Position numbers and translations under genes: made by a program
Assembly: GCA_030605565.1 (NCBI GenBank)
Contig: JAUWIB010000089.1
Coordinates: 76,197 to 140,196 of the forward strand
Origin: a bacterium
Lineage (GTDB): Bacteria > Zixibacteria > MSB-5A5 > GN15 > FEB-12
Direction: 5' to 3'
DNA: 64,000 bases
Notes under the pieces: generated by a model
Databases searched by the model: none
What the model was told of the DNA's origin: nothing
The model's input: only the letters and a program-made list of their open reading frames with translations
Shown here: positions 49,013-57,709 of the stretch, piece after piece
How positions within the stretch are numbered: the stretch's first letter is position 1
Layout: each line of letters starts with the position of its first letter

Positions 49013-49444
49013 TCAGCGACCTCGGGTTCGTGACGTGGGAGCCTCTTTGTGGCCGGTCACCAGGCCAACCGATGGGATGCCCATTTCCTTGAGCCGCCCA
49101 ATGACGCCTATGGCAACTCCGTATGGAACCAGTGAATCGGCGCGGATAAAGACCGAGGACACACCCTTGGCTTTGATCTCCCGATCAACCGCCTCTTCGA
49201 GTTGGTCTAGGCGCGCCCAGCGGTCGTTGACGTAGATGCCGCCGAGGCTGTCGATCGATATGACGATCCCATGCGTCTCCTCATCCAATACCGGCGCGCG
49301 CGTTTTGGGCAGATTGATATCAATGCCGGACTGCAAGAGCGGGGCGGATATCATGAATACTATAAGTAGCACCAGCACGACATCAACCAGATTGGCAATG
49401 TTGATTTCGGCCACTGCTCGATATGTTCGTTGGCGCCGACGCAC
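49013..49444 (-). CDS. tolR: Biopolymer transport protein ExbD/TolR
   Basis: AEINIANLVDVVLVLLIVFM is a typical ExbD/TolR N-terminus. The protein is 143 aa. Confidence 0.85.
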   Translation of the reverse strand: MRRRQRTYRAVAEINIANLVDVVLVLLIVFMISAPLLQSGIDINLPKTRAPVLDEETHGIVISIDSLGGIYVNDRWARLDQLEEAVDREIKAKGVSSVFIRADSLVPYGVAIGVIGRLKEMGIPSVGLVTGHKEAPTSRTRGR

Positions 49445-50160
49445 TATGGTGTCTCCTTGCGGGCGCGCACCAGGAAGGCGAGGATGAAGTTGTCGGCATT
49501 ATTGTTGAAGGACTTGATGCGGTTGTTGGCCCAGTTAAAGGCGATAACAGCGGGGATAGCAGCGCCCAATCCGACAATTGTAGCCAGCAGCGCCTCAGCG
49601 ATACCGGGTGCGACAATTGCCAATGAAGCCGAGCCTTGCTCACCGATGGCCCAAAATGAATCCATGATGCCCACGACCGTACCGAGGAGTCCCATGAACG
49701 GAGCCGCGCTGGCCGTGGTGGCCAGAAAAATGACGCGACTCTCCAGTTTGCTGATCTCCTCGGTCGCCGTCCTCTCCATGGTCATCTCGATCAGTTCATA
49801 CTCTTCATCACGCAGCGGCTGCTGCGACGGCTGCAATTGGCCGCCCTCGTTTCTGGCCTGACGCAGCTCGTCCAACTCTTTGTAACCAGCCATATAGATG
49901 TTCGAAAGCGGCGACAGACTGTGCGACTTGGCCTGGCCGATAGAGTCGGCCAACTTACGCGAACGCTCAAACGACTGAAGGAAACTGTCGCCCGCCCTTT
50001 GTACGGCTCGGAACAGATGCCATTTGTTGAAAATGATCAGCCACGATACCAGCGACATGAAGGTAAGACTAATCAGCACGATAATGCCGAAAGCCGATGT
50101 TTCGCCTATAATTTGCCACACCGGACCGGAAAAAATACTGGGGAGAATAAACAACTTCAT
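49444..50160 (-). CDS. tolQ: MotA/TolQ/ExbB proton channel protein
   Basis: There are three TM segments and the conserved LATTASAAPFMGLLGTVVGIM region. The gene shares one base with the tolR start. Confidence 0.9.
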   Translation of the reverse strand: MKLFILPSIFSGPVWQIIGETSAFGIIVLISLTFMSLVSWLIIFNKWHLFRAVQRAGDSFLQSFERSRKLADSIGQAKSHSLSPLSNIYMAGYKELDELRQARNEGGQLQPSQQPLRDEEYELIEMTMERTATEEISKLESRVIFLATTASAAPFMGLLGTVVGIMDSFWAIGEQGSASLAIVAPGIAEALLATIVGLGAAIPAVIAFNWANNRIKSFNNNADNFILAFLVRARKETP

Positions 50161-50459
50161 ATCAATTCTACGCCTTAGCTGTCAAAAAGTTTTTGCTCAA
50201 TCGGTGCTGCCTCACCAAGTCGTATTTACCCTCGAAAAGTCGGCCCGGCGCGGCTTTTCCCGACACGGCGGACAATAAAAACAGCCCGCCGGGCCATCAC
50301 AAGATTAAAATGGCGGATCATAAAACTTGACCGCCATTGGATTGAGTGCTTTTATCCTTCTGCGTAGGGTGAAAATCTGACACGCGGTCGATGGATCGAC
50401 GGTGTAGTCGGTAAGAACGTCGGGATATCCGACATGACGAGACATTGAAGGAGTTGTGT

Positions 50460-50666
50460 ATGAGAAAGCTGTTAGCTGTGGTGTTGGCCCTGTTGATGTG
50501 CTTCTGTTTCATCTACGGATGTGGCAAGAAGGATGTTCAACAAGAGACCGACAAAGTGCCGGTTGAGGTCAAGCAGGCTGAGATGGCGGATTCCACCGCC
50601 ATGGATTCGGCGATGTGGGATTCGACCGCCGTGGACACGATGGCGGCGGGCCAGGACAGCATGTAG
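50460..50666 (+). CDS. Small Met/Asp-rich lipoprotein
   Basis: MRKLLAVVLALLMCFCFIYGCG has a signal sequence and lipobox. The C-terminus carries MADSTAMDSAMWDSTAVDTMAAGQDSM repeats. A strong hairpin lies downstream. Confidence 0.5.
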   Translation: MRKLLAVVLALLMCFCFIYGCGKKDVQQETDKVPVEVKQAEMADSTAMDSAMWDSTAVDTMAAGQDSM

Positions 50667-50701
50667 TTGTTTCGGTAATACAGAAGCCTACCAGTAAAGG
50701 A

Positions 50702-50736
50702 AAACCTCCCGGAAGTCCGGGAGGTTTCTGTTTTGA
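50702..50736. terminator. Bidirectional rho-independent terminator candidate
   Basis: aaacctcccgg-aagt-ccgggaggttt has an 11-bp stem. It is followed by ctgttttg on the + strand and preceded by an A-run, which would be a U-run on the - strand. It sits between convergent genes. Confidence 0.6.
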
Positions 50737-50755
50737 ATTCTGGAGTGGAGAGTTC

Positions 50756-51883
50756 TCAGCTTTCAATCATCTCTACATTAGCCCGTGGAATAACGGCGCG
50801 CTCACCGTTTTCAAACTCAACCTCGAGGATACGGGCCTTGGATTCCGACTCCAGTTTCTGAAGCGGTGACGGCAGGTCTGTCACTTTACCCAGTCGTCCG
50901 AAGTAGGGGTGCCGAATAACCCGTACCGGCGAGTCGACGGCCAGACCCTGAATCTCCCCCGAGGTGCTGGTGTCGATCTCAGACGCTGAGGCTTCTGCGG
51001 GTATTACCACCTCGGGACGGATCACACCGGCGCGAATCTGGGTGGCGCCGTTTATGCAAGCCATCTCCCCCTCGTGTGCCTTGAACAGGTCAAAAGTTTT
51101 GCGGGCCATGGCGATTTCGCCGAAACCTTCACTGATAACCAGAGTAGTGCCGATGTCTTCCGAACCGGTAATAGCGACACCGATATCATAACCGAGGAAA
51201 TCGCGGAGATCCTTGTCGTCCAGCCCACCGACGACGATTCCCTTGACACCAAATTTGATCGCTTTATTCATTGCATCGGCTGTTACTATTGAGCCACCGA
51301 CAATAACATGGCCGGCCATATCTTCGTTGACGAATTCGTCGGTAAGGATAGTGCTGTTGTCGGGTGTGGCCACCTTGATCTCGCCATAAGTCTCGCCGCC
51401 AATGCCGAAAATTCCCTGCATGAAGGAACCCTGACAAGATACCTCAACCCCTTCGTCCGGGAAAATCTCGGTTACTTCACCTCGCAGGTACGCTTTGACC
51501 TCAACAGGAATCGGGTGGCCGCGCTGGAGCACCTGGCCGGTGACCTTTGACACCGATTCGAGTGTACCGTCGATTGTCGCAGTGGCTGAACTTGAAAACC
51601 ACTTTATGAACGACTTCTTGAGGGCGATGCTTTCCCCTTTGGCTATCGGGTCGCCGATTTTCTTTTGCATCACGAGATCGATATCTTCAGGCGGGATACC
51701 GAGTTTGTTGGCGACGTTCAGCGGCACCACATTGCCGGGCAGATGGGTGCGAGCAACAACATCATCGGGATTGACCTTGTCGCCGACCTTGACCAGCACT
51801 TCACCCTTAAGCGGCAGAATGCGATTCTTTTTGATCAGATGCTTTTCGGTGACTTTCAATCCTGGAGTATAGGCGTGGGCCAT
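50756..51883 (-). CDS. Conserved hypothetical protein (barrel-sandwich-hybrid-like N-terminus), third gene of the GlmL-like cluster
   Basis: This is a 375-aa protein. Its N-terminus MAHAYTPGLKVTE...LKGEVLVKVGDKVNPDDVVART resembles lipoyl/hybrid-barrel motifs. The family is not recognised. Confidence 0.6.
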   Translation of the reverse strand: MAHAYTPGLKVTEKHLIKKNRILPLKGEVLVKVGDKVNPDDVVARTHLPGNVVPLNVANKLGIPPEDIDLVMQKKIGDPIAKGESIALKKSFIKWFSSSATATIDGTLESVSKVTGQVLQRGHPIPVEVKAYLRGEVTEIFPDEGVEVSCQGSFMQGIFGIGGETYGEIKVATPDNSTILTDEFVNEDMAGHVIVGGSIVTADAMNKAIKFGVKGIVVGGLDDKDLRDFLGYDIGVAITGSEDIGTTLVISEGFGEIAMARKTFDLFKAHEGEMACINGATQIRAGVIRPEVVIPAEASASEIDTSTSGEIQGLAVDSPVRVIRHPYFGRLGKVTDLPSPLQKLESESKARILEVEFENGERAVIPRANVEMIES

Positions 51884-51917
51884 ACATGTACCTTTCTATC
51901 TGCGATAACGGATATTT

Positions 51918-52718
51918 CTATCCCTTCTTGCCTCTCTTTTTCCTGGCGGCGATGATTATTATCATGATAAGCACGATCGGAGCGAGGTACGTGACTATCG
52001 GCAGTGAGTCTTCATCCTCCTTGTCCTCGGCGGTCTCCTTAGAGTCGAGATCCGCAACCCGCACCTCTTGATGACCGGCTGCGGCCTCGATATCTTCAGT
52101 TGAAAACGATTGCACAATGTCCTTGAAAATATCCTTGCTCTGATCGAACAGACTATCCGGAGAATAGAAGTAGAACGTGGCCAGTCCCCGCTCGTAGAAT
52201 TTGGTCATGTACATCAGTTTCTTGGTTACCTGTTCCTTCTGGACGATATCGCTCACAACGGTAATGAGTTTCTTGTCGGCATCGTAGCTGGGGGCGTTCG
52301 ATTTCAGGTCGGAGAGGAAATCAGCCACCGGGTAGTACTTGACATCCCGACCGAAAGTCTTGCTCATAAGATTCAGGACGCTGTCGATCTGAGTCCGGGT
52401 AAGCTCACCAACGGTGTCGACAGTGAGAATCATGTAGTTGCCGGCGAAAAACGGGATTGAACTGCTGGGTGCAAACGCCGCATCATAGTCCAGTACATCA
52501 AGGCCCGCCTGGTTGGAGATCAGGAAGACGTCGACCGTTTGGTAGTCGATCTGCTCCCAGTCATCCGGCAACGAGATGTAAAAGTTGCCTGTCCAGCTAA
52601 CATAATTCTCAGCCAAAACTACCGACGAACCGATCATCATTAGCAAAAGGGCCGTGGTTACGATCCTAACAACTCTCAACGTCATTGCAGTCCTCAGACA
52701 TCTGTTCACTTCTGTCAT
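51918..52718 (-). CDS. Bitopic membrane protein, second gene of the GlmL-like cluster
   Basis: An N-terminal TM/signal segment (VVRIVTTALLLMMIGSSVVLA) and an acidic stretch (ETAEDKEDEDS) are present. A C-terminal TM helix (LAPIVLIMIIIIAA) is followed by RKKRGKKG. Confidence 0.55.
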   Translation of the reverse strand: MTEVNRCLRTAMTLRVVRIVTTALLLMMIGSSVVLAENYVSWTGNFYISLPDDWEQIDYQTVDVFLISNQAGLDVLDYDAAFAPSSSIPFFAGNYMILTVDTVGELTRTQIDSVLNLMSKTFGRDVKYYPVADFLSDLKSNAPSYDADKKLITVVSDIVQKEQVTKKLMYMTKFYERGLATFYFYSPDSLFDQSKDIFKDIVQSFSTEDIEAAAGHQEVRVADLDSKETAEDKEDEDSLPIVTYLAPIVLIMIIIIAARKKRGKKG

Positions 52719-52737
52719 TTCCTTGAGCTCGCCGATT

Positions 52738-54588
52738 TTATAGTCGATCCGCCGGGTATATGTTAAGCTCGGTCATCCATTCTTTCAGGTGAGACACCCG
52801 CTCGTCATCAGTGAGCGTGGACAGGTCGAAGGGTCGCCCGCGTCCGTCGAGAACGATTCCGACCACACCACCGTATAGTATGGTCTCAACTTTGTGACCT
52901 TTACCGGCGCCGCAATCGTAATGCCGTTCCGGTTCGAGGACGGCCTTGACTTCACGCGGCAGTCCCTTGTCATCCATACCAAGCTCGAATCGTTTCATTT
53001 CGAGATGATTCAGGGTGCCGCTAACCGTACCATCGGGCAGGTCAATACTGTACTTCATAACCGGTCCCGGTTTCTTCGAAACACCGGCCGGAGCCACGCA
53101 GGTGCCGAGGTGAATGAGACAATCTTTCACGAATACTTCGGTGGCCGCCTTTTTGTGCACCTCGGTCAACACGCCGAGTTGTGGCATCATGAAGATCGAG
53201 TCGACAGCCAGTCGGGTGACTCCCTCCGGCAGGAAAGAGTCGACCATCATCAGCGCCGACTGCTGACGCCGGGGCGCGTGCGATAAAACGCCGCCGGAGC
53301 CGATCAGCATGTCGAGACTCATCATGTTGACGATGCTGGACCCGGAAGTCGACTGTTCAAAGGCGTCGGCGATAGTGCGCTGTTGCTGTACACCCTTGAG
53401 CACCGTGGCGAAATTCTTGTGCTGAATGAAGGCCAGCCGCAACGCCTCCTTGGCGACGGCCTGCTCGAATATCAGGTCTTCCATCGACTGCGGGATCGTG
53501 GTTGGTCGAATCATCTTGTTCTTGACCCGGTTGCGCAGGTCACGTTCGTCCATTTTGAACGGCACCCAGCGCATCACCATCGGCAGCGTGGCCTCCGCGA
53601 AGACATTTGAGATAGAATACGACATCCCGAGGTTGGCCGACACCGTGCGGTTGAAAACGGGTGTCTCTTTGTCCGGGCGGAAGACGGAAAAGACGTCGGT
53701 GGTTGCGCCGCCGATATCAACCCCGACCGCCTCGATATTGTACTGCTCGGCGATGGTTTGGATAATCAGCCCCACCGCGCCGGGGGTCGGCATGATCGGC
53801 GCATCGGCCCACGACATCAGCTTCTTGTAGCCGGGCGCCTGGGCCATCACGTGTTCCATGAACTGCTCATGGATCTCCTCACGCGCCGGGGCGAGATTCT
53901 CGCGCTCAAGCACCGGTCGCAGGTTGTCGACCTTCTTAAGGTCCACCTTGTCGGCCAGGGTTTCGACGACCATTTCTGTGGCGTCCTTGTTGCCGGCGTA
54001 TATGATCGGTAACTTGTAGCTTGAGCCGAGACGTGGCTTTGGATCGGCAGCGGAGATCAGTTCGGCAATCTCAACTACGTGGGTGGTGGTACCGCCGTCG
54101 ATGCCACCGGACAGCAGGATCATGTCCGGGCGCAGGGCGCGGATACGCTCGATCTGCTGGTGGGGGAGACGCTTGTCGTTGGAGGCGATCACGTCCATGA
54201 CGATCGCACCGGCGCCCAACGCCGCGCGTTCGGCCGACTCAGCCGTCATGGAGCGCACCACTCCCGCGACCATCATCTGCAAACCGCCACCTGCTGAGGA
54301 AGTGGAGATGAAGACATCCGTGCCTACGTTGCCGTCCGATGGGCTGATGAACTTGCCGTTTTCATCCAGAATCTTGCGACCCGACAGTTCTTCCACTTCG
54401 GCTACGGCGTTGAGCGCGCCCATAGTGACGTCCTCGAAGGGCGCTTCGACCGTGGTGGGTGCTTCGCCGCGAACCATCAAACGGTACTCGCCGTTGTGGA
54501 ATTCGATGAGGATTGCTTTGGTGGTGGTGGAGCCGCAATCGGTAGCGACTATGACTTTGATATCATCTGGGTTGTCGAACTTGGCCAT
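52738..54588 (-). CDS. GlmL/MutL-like ASKHA (actin-fold) ATPase
   Basis: The two phosphate-binding motifs VATDCGSTTTKAIL and VGVDIGGATTDVFS are present. The overall pattern resembles glutamate mutase component L / reactivase-like proteins. The protein is 616 aa. No mutase subunits are nearby. Confidence 0.7.
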   Translation of the reverse strand: MAKFDNPDDIKVIVATDCGSTTTKAILIEFHNGEYRLMVRGEAPTTVEAPFEDVTMGALNAVAEVEELSGRKILDENGKFISPSDGNVGTDVFISTSSAGGGLQMMVAGVVRSMTAESAERAALGAGAIVMDVIASNDKRLPHQQIERIRALRPDMILLSGGIDGGTTTHVVEIAELISAADPKPRLGSSYKLPIIYAGNKDATEMVVETLADKVDLKKVDNLRPVLERENLAPAREEIHEQFMEHVMAQAPGYKKLMSWADAPIMPTPGAVGLIIQTIAEQYNIEAVGVDIGGATTDVFSVFRPDKETPVFNRTVSANLGMSYSISNVFAEATLPMVMRWVPFKMDERDLRNRVKNKMIRPTTIPQSMEDLIFEQAVAKEALRLAFIQHKNFATVLKGVQQQRTIADAFEQSTSGSSIVNMMSLDMLIGSGGVLSHAPRRQQSALMMVDSFLPEGVTRLAVDSIFMMPQLGVLTEVHKKAATEVFVKDCLIHLGTCVAPAGVSKKPGPVMKYSIDLPDGTVSGTLNHLEMKRFELGMDDKGLPREVKAVLEPERHYDCGAGKGHKVETILYGGVVGIVLDGRGRPFDLSTLTDDERVSHLKEWMTELNIYPADRL

Positions 54589-54857
54589 TAACTATTCCGT
54601 GCTCTCTATATGGTTTCGCTACACTCTCTATCATTTTGGCTCTCAAGACAATAGCCTACTCACTGAGCCGGCTTTCCGGAACCTCAGAGCCAGAAATAAT
54701 AACACAAAGACAAGGGGTTGTAAAGAGGGATTTTTTGGCAAGGGGACAGGCAGGAATCGACGGATATGTCGGTGATCATGTGGTTGCTGGAAATCAAGGT
54801 AGAGCCGTGTGCCAATTGCGTTTCATCTTTAGGCAAAATGTGATTGACAAAACGACA

Positions 54858-55823
54858 ATGGCAAACTATAAGTATCTCATGTATGAAGGAGATAACTTGA
54901 AGAGATGTGAAACCGACAAGACCATTGGCCCCTTTCCTATCAACTGTGTCGCTCAGGGCGATTGCTTACACCTGATTTCTGAGTTGCCAGACGAAAGCAT
55001 AGATGTTCTGGTTACTAGTCCGCCGTATTGGGGTCAAAGACTCTCCTGCGGGATGGGTTGTGAGGAAGACCCTAGGGAGTATCTCAACGTACTTGCCCAC
55101 GTTTTTTCTTCAGTGTTACCGAAACTTAAGGAAGATGGAATCGTCTGGATAAACCTCGGTGACGCATACAACACTCCTGTAAATTGGAGAAGTAAGGATT
55201 CGGAGTATAGCAGCTTGGGTGCGGACAAGAATGGGTTGTCACCAGAAAACTCTGCGTATGCCAAGCCAAGAGCGAAACGCAGAGCATTCGTCGATAAATC
55301 ACAGCTTTGGCTGAGCTATGGAAACCTCCTAGCTTTGCCGAACCGCCTAGTCTTAAAGCTTTGTGATATTGGGTATCTCTACAGAGGCGAAGTAATCTGG
55401 CGAAAGAAAAATCCTATGCCCGAGGGAAGGTGTCGCCGCCCGCATAGGGCACATGAATCGGTCTTCTTGCTCGCAAAGAGCGAACATCACTCTTTTCGAA
55501 CCACCCCACCCGTCAAGAGTGTTTGGGAATTCGCGAACGAAAAGATTGATGGAAAAACTCACTTTTCTCGGTTCCCGGAAGAGCTTCCCCGAAGATGCAT
55601 CGCGGCATTTGGGAAAAACGGCCCGGACGTAGTTGTGCTCGATCCGTTTTCAGGTTCGGGAACTACGGGTATTGCAGCCATCAAACTGGATTGTTCGTAT
55701 ATCGGATTTGAGATCGACCCAAAACATGTGTCGGCCTCAAACAAAAGATTGAGACGGACCATTTTCGACGACGTGCCACTCTTTACGCGTTCTGCCGTCT
55801 CCATTCACTCAGAACAAACTTAG
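54858..55823 (+). CDS. Beta-class amino DNA methyltransferase (N4-cytosine or N6-adenine; SPPY motif favours N4C)
   Basis: Motif IV (VLVTSPPYW) precedes motif I (VLDPFSGSGTTGIAA). The ORF-track start at 54636 is an unsupported extension. An alternative start is ATG 54879, just after a TTGACA-N17-TATAAG match at 54844-54872. Confidence 0.85.
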   Translation: MANYKYLMYEGDNLKRCETDKTIGPFPINCVAQGDCLHLISELPDESIDVLVTSPPYWGQRLSCGMGCEEDPREYLNVLAHVFSSVLPKLKEDGIVWINLGDAYNTPVNWRSKDSEYSSLGADKNGLSPENSAYAKPRAKRRAFVDKSQLWLSYGNLLALPNRLVLKLCDIGYLYRGEVIWRKKNPMPEGRCRRPHRAHESVFLLAKSEHHSFRTTPPVKSVWEFANEKIDGKTHFSRFPEELPRRCIAAFGKNGPDVVVLDPFSGSGTTGIAAIKLDCSYIGFEIDPKHVSASNKRLRRTIFDDVPLFTRSAVSIHSEQT

Positions 55824-56940
55824 CAAACGCGTCATCAGCATTCTTGAAGTTACACACGTAAACCTTCGCTCTGGCATCCTGTTCGTCTGGAGTAGGCACA
55901 GTATTGTGATTATATGAGAAACATGCTGAGAAGTAGCCGTCCTTTTCAATGTCCTTCCTCTTGGCGTTTCTCCTGTCTGTCCCATGTGGTGAAGCTGTTC
56001 CGAGCTCACCCTTGTTGACTGGTTTCTCACATGGAGTACTCTTACAATCCATAGTCCATAACGGTGAAGTATAGCCCGCCCTCACTAGAGCTTGGCTCAA
56101 GGGGACATCGTCTGTTCTTCGCTCAGCAAAGCTGGATTTGACGTGCACGACGCCGAAGCAGACCTCCTCGCCATTCTTGACCCCCGTCAGCAGCACATCT
56201 ACCTTGTCAGCTTCTATTCGTCCGTCGACCTGTAGCGAATCCACAAGTCTTTGTTTTTCATCGCCTACGCCGATGAACATTCTAACGCCACGACTTTCAA
56301 GAAACGGACTGTAATGCCTAACCAGGATTTCCTCCAGTGCCCAACCAGCGGTGCGCTTCCAACTCTGCTCAAAGCTCAACCTCGAATACCTGGCTGGATG
56401 GTTAAATGGGTCACAATAAGCTCGATAGATGATGAACCACCATATGTCCGATGGGTTCGCCTGTGGCCAAAGCTCTACAGCCCGCGAGAAGGAGCGTACA
56501 ACTGCATCCCTCTTGATGGCCGGCTCAGAGGTTTCATTACCCTCCTCCAGTCGAGCTAGGCCCTCCCTTAGTTCGGTTACCACGCTCTCATATTCTGCCA
56601 TGGAGGCCTTGCGCAAGATGTACTCGGCATCGAACTGCGAATAGCGAAATCTGATGGTCAGATCCTTCCCGCTCGGCACGGCCAAAGCATATCTTTGAAC
56701 CGATCCTGAATGGGAATCAATGTTGATGCCTCTAAAAAGCTCACCAATATCGCATTTAGCTGCTAGAGCTAAGGCTATAAGAACATCCAAACTCGGAATG
56801 CATCTACCTGATTCAAACTCTGAAACCCAACCTGGACCGAGAATCAAGTCCTCTTCGATTTGGTCCTCACTTATCCCGTTTCGAAGTCGATTCGCAGCGT
56901 ACCGACGCATTATTTCTTTAGCTGCTGCTATCGGGTTCAC
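55783..56940 (-). CDS. Putative type II restriction endonuclease with N-terminal XRE/C-protein-like HTH
   Basis: The nuclease-core-like motifs are EADKVDVLL ... VVHVKSSFAERR, a D...x-K-S/T-S/T-x-x-E-R pattern seen in many PD-(D/E)xK REases. The N-terminus GISEDQIEEDL...VSEFESGRCIPSLDVLIALALAAKCDIGELF is colinear with the C protein. The start overlaps the C gene stop (ATGA). Confidence 0.6.
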   Translation of the reverse strand: MNPIAAAKEIMRRYAANRLRNGISEDQIEEDLILGPGWVSEFESGRCIPSLDVLIALALAAKCDIGELFRGINIDSHSGSVQRYALAVPSGKDLTIRFRYSQFDAEYILRKASMAEYESVVTELREGLARLEEGNETSEPAIKRDAVVRSFSRAVELWPQANPSDIWWFIIYRAYCDPFNHPARYSRLSFEQSWKRTAGWALEEILVRHYSPFLESRGVRMFIGVGDEKQRLVDSLQVDGRIEADKVDVLLTGVKNGEEVCFGVVHVKSSFAERRTDDVPLSQALVRAGYTSPLWTMDCKSTPCEKPVNKGELGTASPHGTDRRNAKRKDIEKDGYFSACFSYNHNTVPTPDEQDARAKVYVCNFKNADDAFAKFVLSEWRRQNA

Positions 56941-57158
56941 TGCTTCAGTCCCCGCACTAAGTCAGATGCATCCACACCCAAGGCGTCCGCAATTCTCAGG
57001 ATATTCACAAGGGAAACATTCCGTTCTCCACGCTCAACACCGCCGATATATGTCCTATGCAAGTTTGCGTATTCCGCCAAAGTCTCTTGAGATATACCGC
57101 GTTCCTCGCGTTTTCTGCGTACACGCAATCCGAATGCTACTGACGCCTTACGTTTCAT
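56937..57158 (-). CDS. Restriction-modification controller (C) protein, XRE-family HTH
   Basis: The 73-aa sequence GISQETLAEYANLHRTYIGGVERGERNVSLVNILRIADALGV is a canonical C-protein sequence pattern. The gene lies immediately upstream of the REase gene and overlaps it. Confidence 0.85.
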   Translation of the reverse strand: MKRKASVAFGLRVRRKREERGISQETLAEYANLHRTYIGGVERGERNVSLVNILRIADALGVDASDLVRGLKQ

Positions 57159-57181
57159 GGGCCAATAATCGGAATATGATG

Positions 57182-57205
57182 CCTTTAAGTCTACACCTTA
57201 TGAGT
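57182..57205 (-). promoter_or_regulatory. Candidate C-box operator
   Basis: The minus strand reads ACTCATAAGG-TGTA-GACTTAAAGG and ends 24 nt upstream of the C-gene ATG. It resembles the tandem (G)ACTyATA-type half-sites with a central spacer that are known for C-protein operators. Confidence 0.35.
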
Positions 57206-57458
57206 ATCTATTGCCGTTCGGGCATACAATAGCACGGGTGCCCCAGAGCTTGCCCTGAGAATAGATGAATCCCCGAGCTAAACGAAAAGCTGTCCGTGTC
57301 TCACACTTGGTTATTTTGCCGTCGTCTCTAGCAGCACTTGCCTGGAAACGGTACCCCACCCAGAGGCTTTGCGCATCAGCCCCATTTATGGGCGGGTGGG
57401 TTTTTGTGGCACACAATCAACACCAATCCCTCACAAAATGCGTCGGCGCGACTTTATA

Positions 57459-57520
57459 GTAGGGCGGCATCCCTGCGATGCCGCCGAAATTGGCAGTCCG
57501 CCGCGGCGGACTGCCCTACA
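57459..57520. repeat. GTAGG...CCTAC-bounded double hairpin
   Basis: The element reads gtagggc-[ggcatc cctgc gatgcc]-gccgaaatt-[ggcagtccgccg cggcggactgcc]-ctaca. The 24-nt inner palindrome (57492-57515) is perfect. Confidence 0.8.
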
Positions 57521-57709
57521 AGACTTATGCATGGAGGATTCTGAATCACCACCGATCCTATTATCCGGATACAAAAATGCACGAAACGAACCCATTTGCT
57601 CACCGTGCCCCACGTGGACGTCACCCTGAGTGTCCTCAAGTCCCCTCCTCCAGCAATAGCCCCATCCCAACCCATCGCATCGCATTGGGTAGGGGAGTGA
57701 TGGACAAGC

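Noticed and set aside
54636-54857. Long N-terminal extensions proposed by the ORF track: methyltransferase from 54636, fur from 5514, psd from 12405, PorV-like from 32097, dusB from 20166, rdgB from 36425, and phzF-like from 46850.
   Set aside because: The extensions overlap upstream genes, REP hairpins or operator/promoter sequence. They lack family similarity. Internal ATGs with better context give proteins of normal family length.
57198-57685. A stack of 60-103-aa ORFs in several frames between the C gene and the TonB fragment (57198-57416, 57265-57459, 57369-57629, 57431-57685 and others).
   Set aside because: They overlap each other in different frames and run through palindromic repeats. 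They have no start context or recognisable motif. The region is better treated as non-coding.
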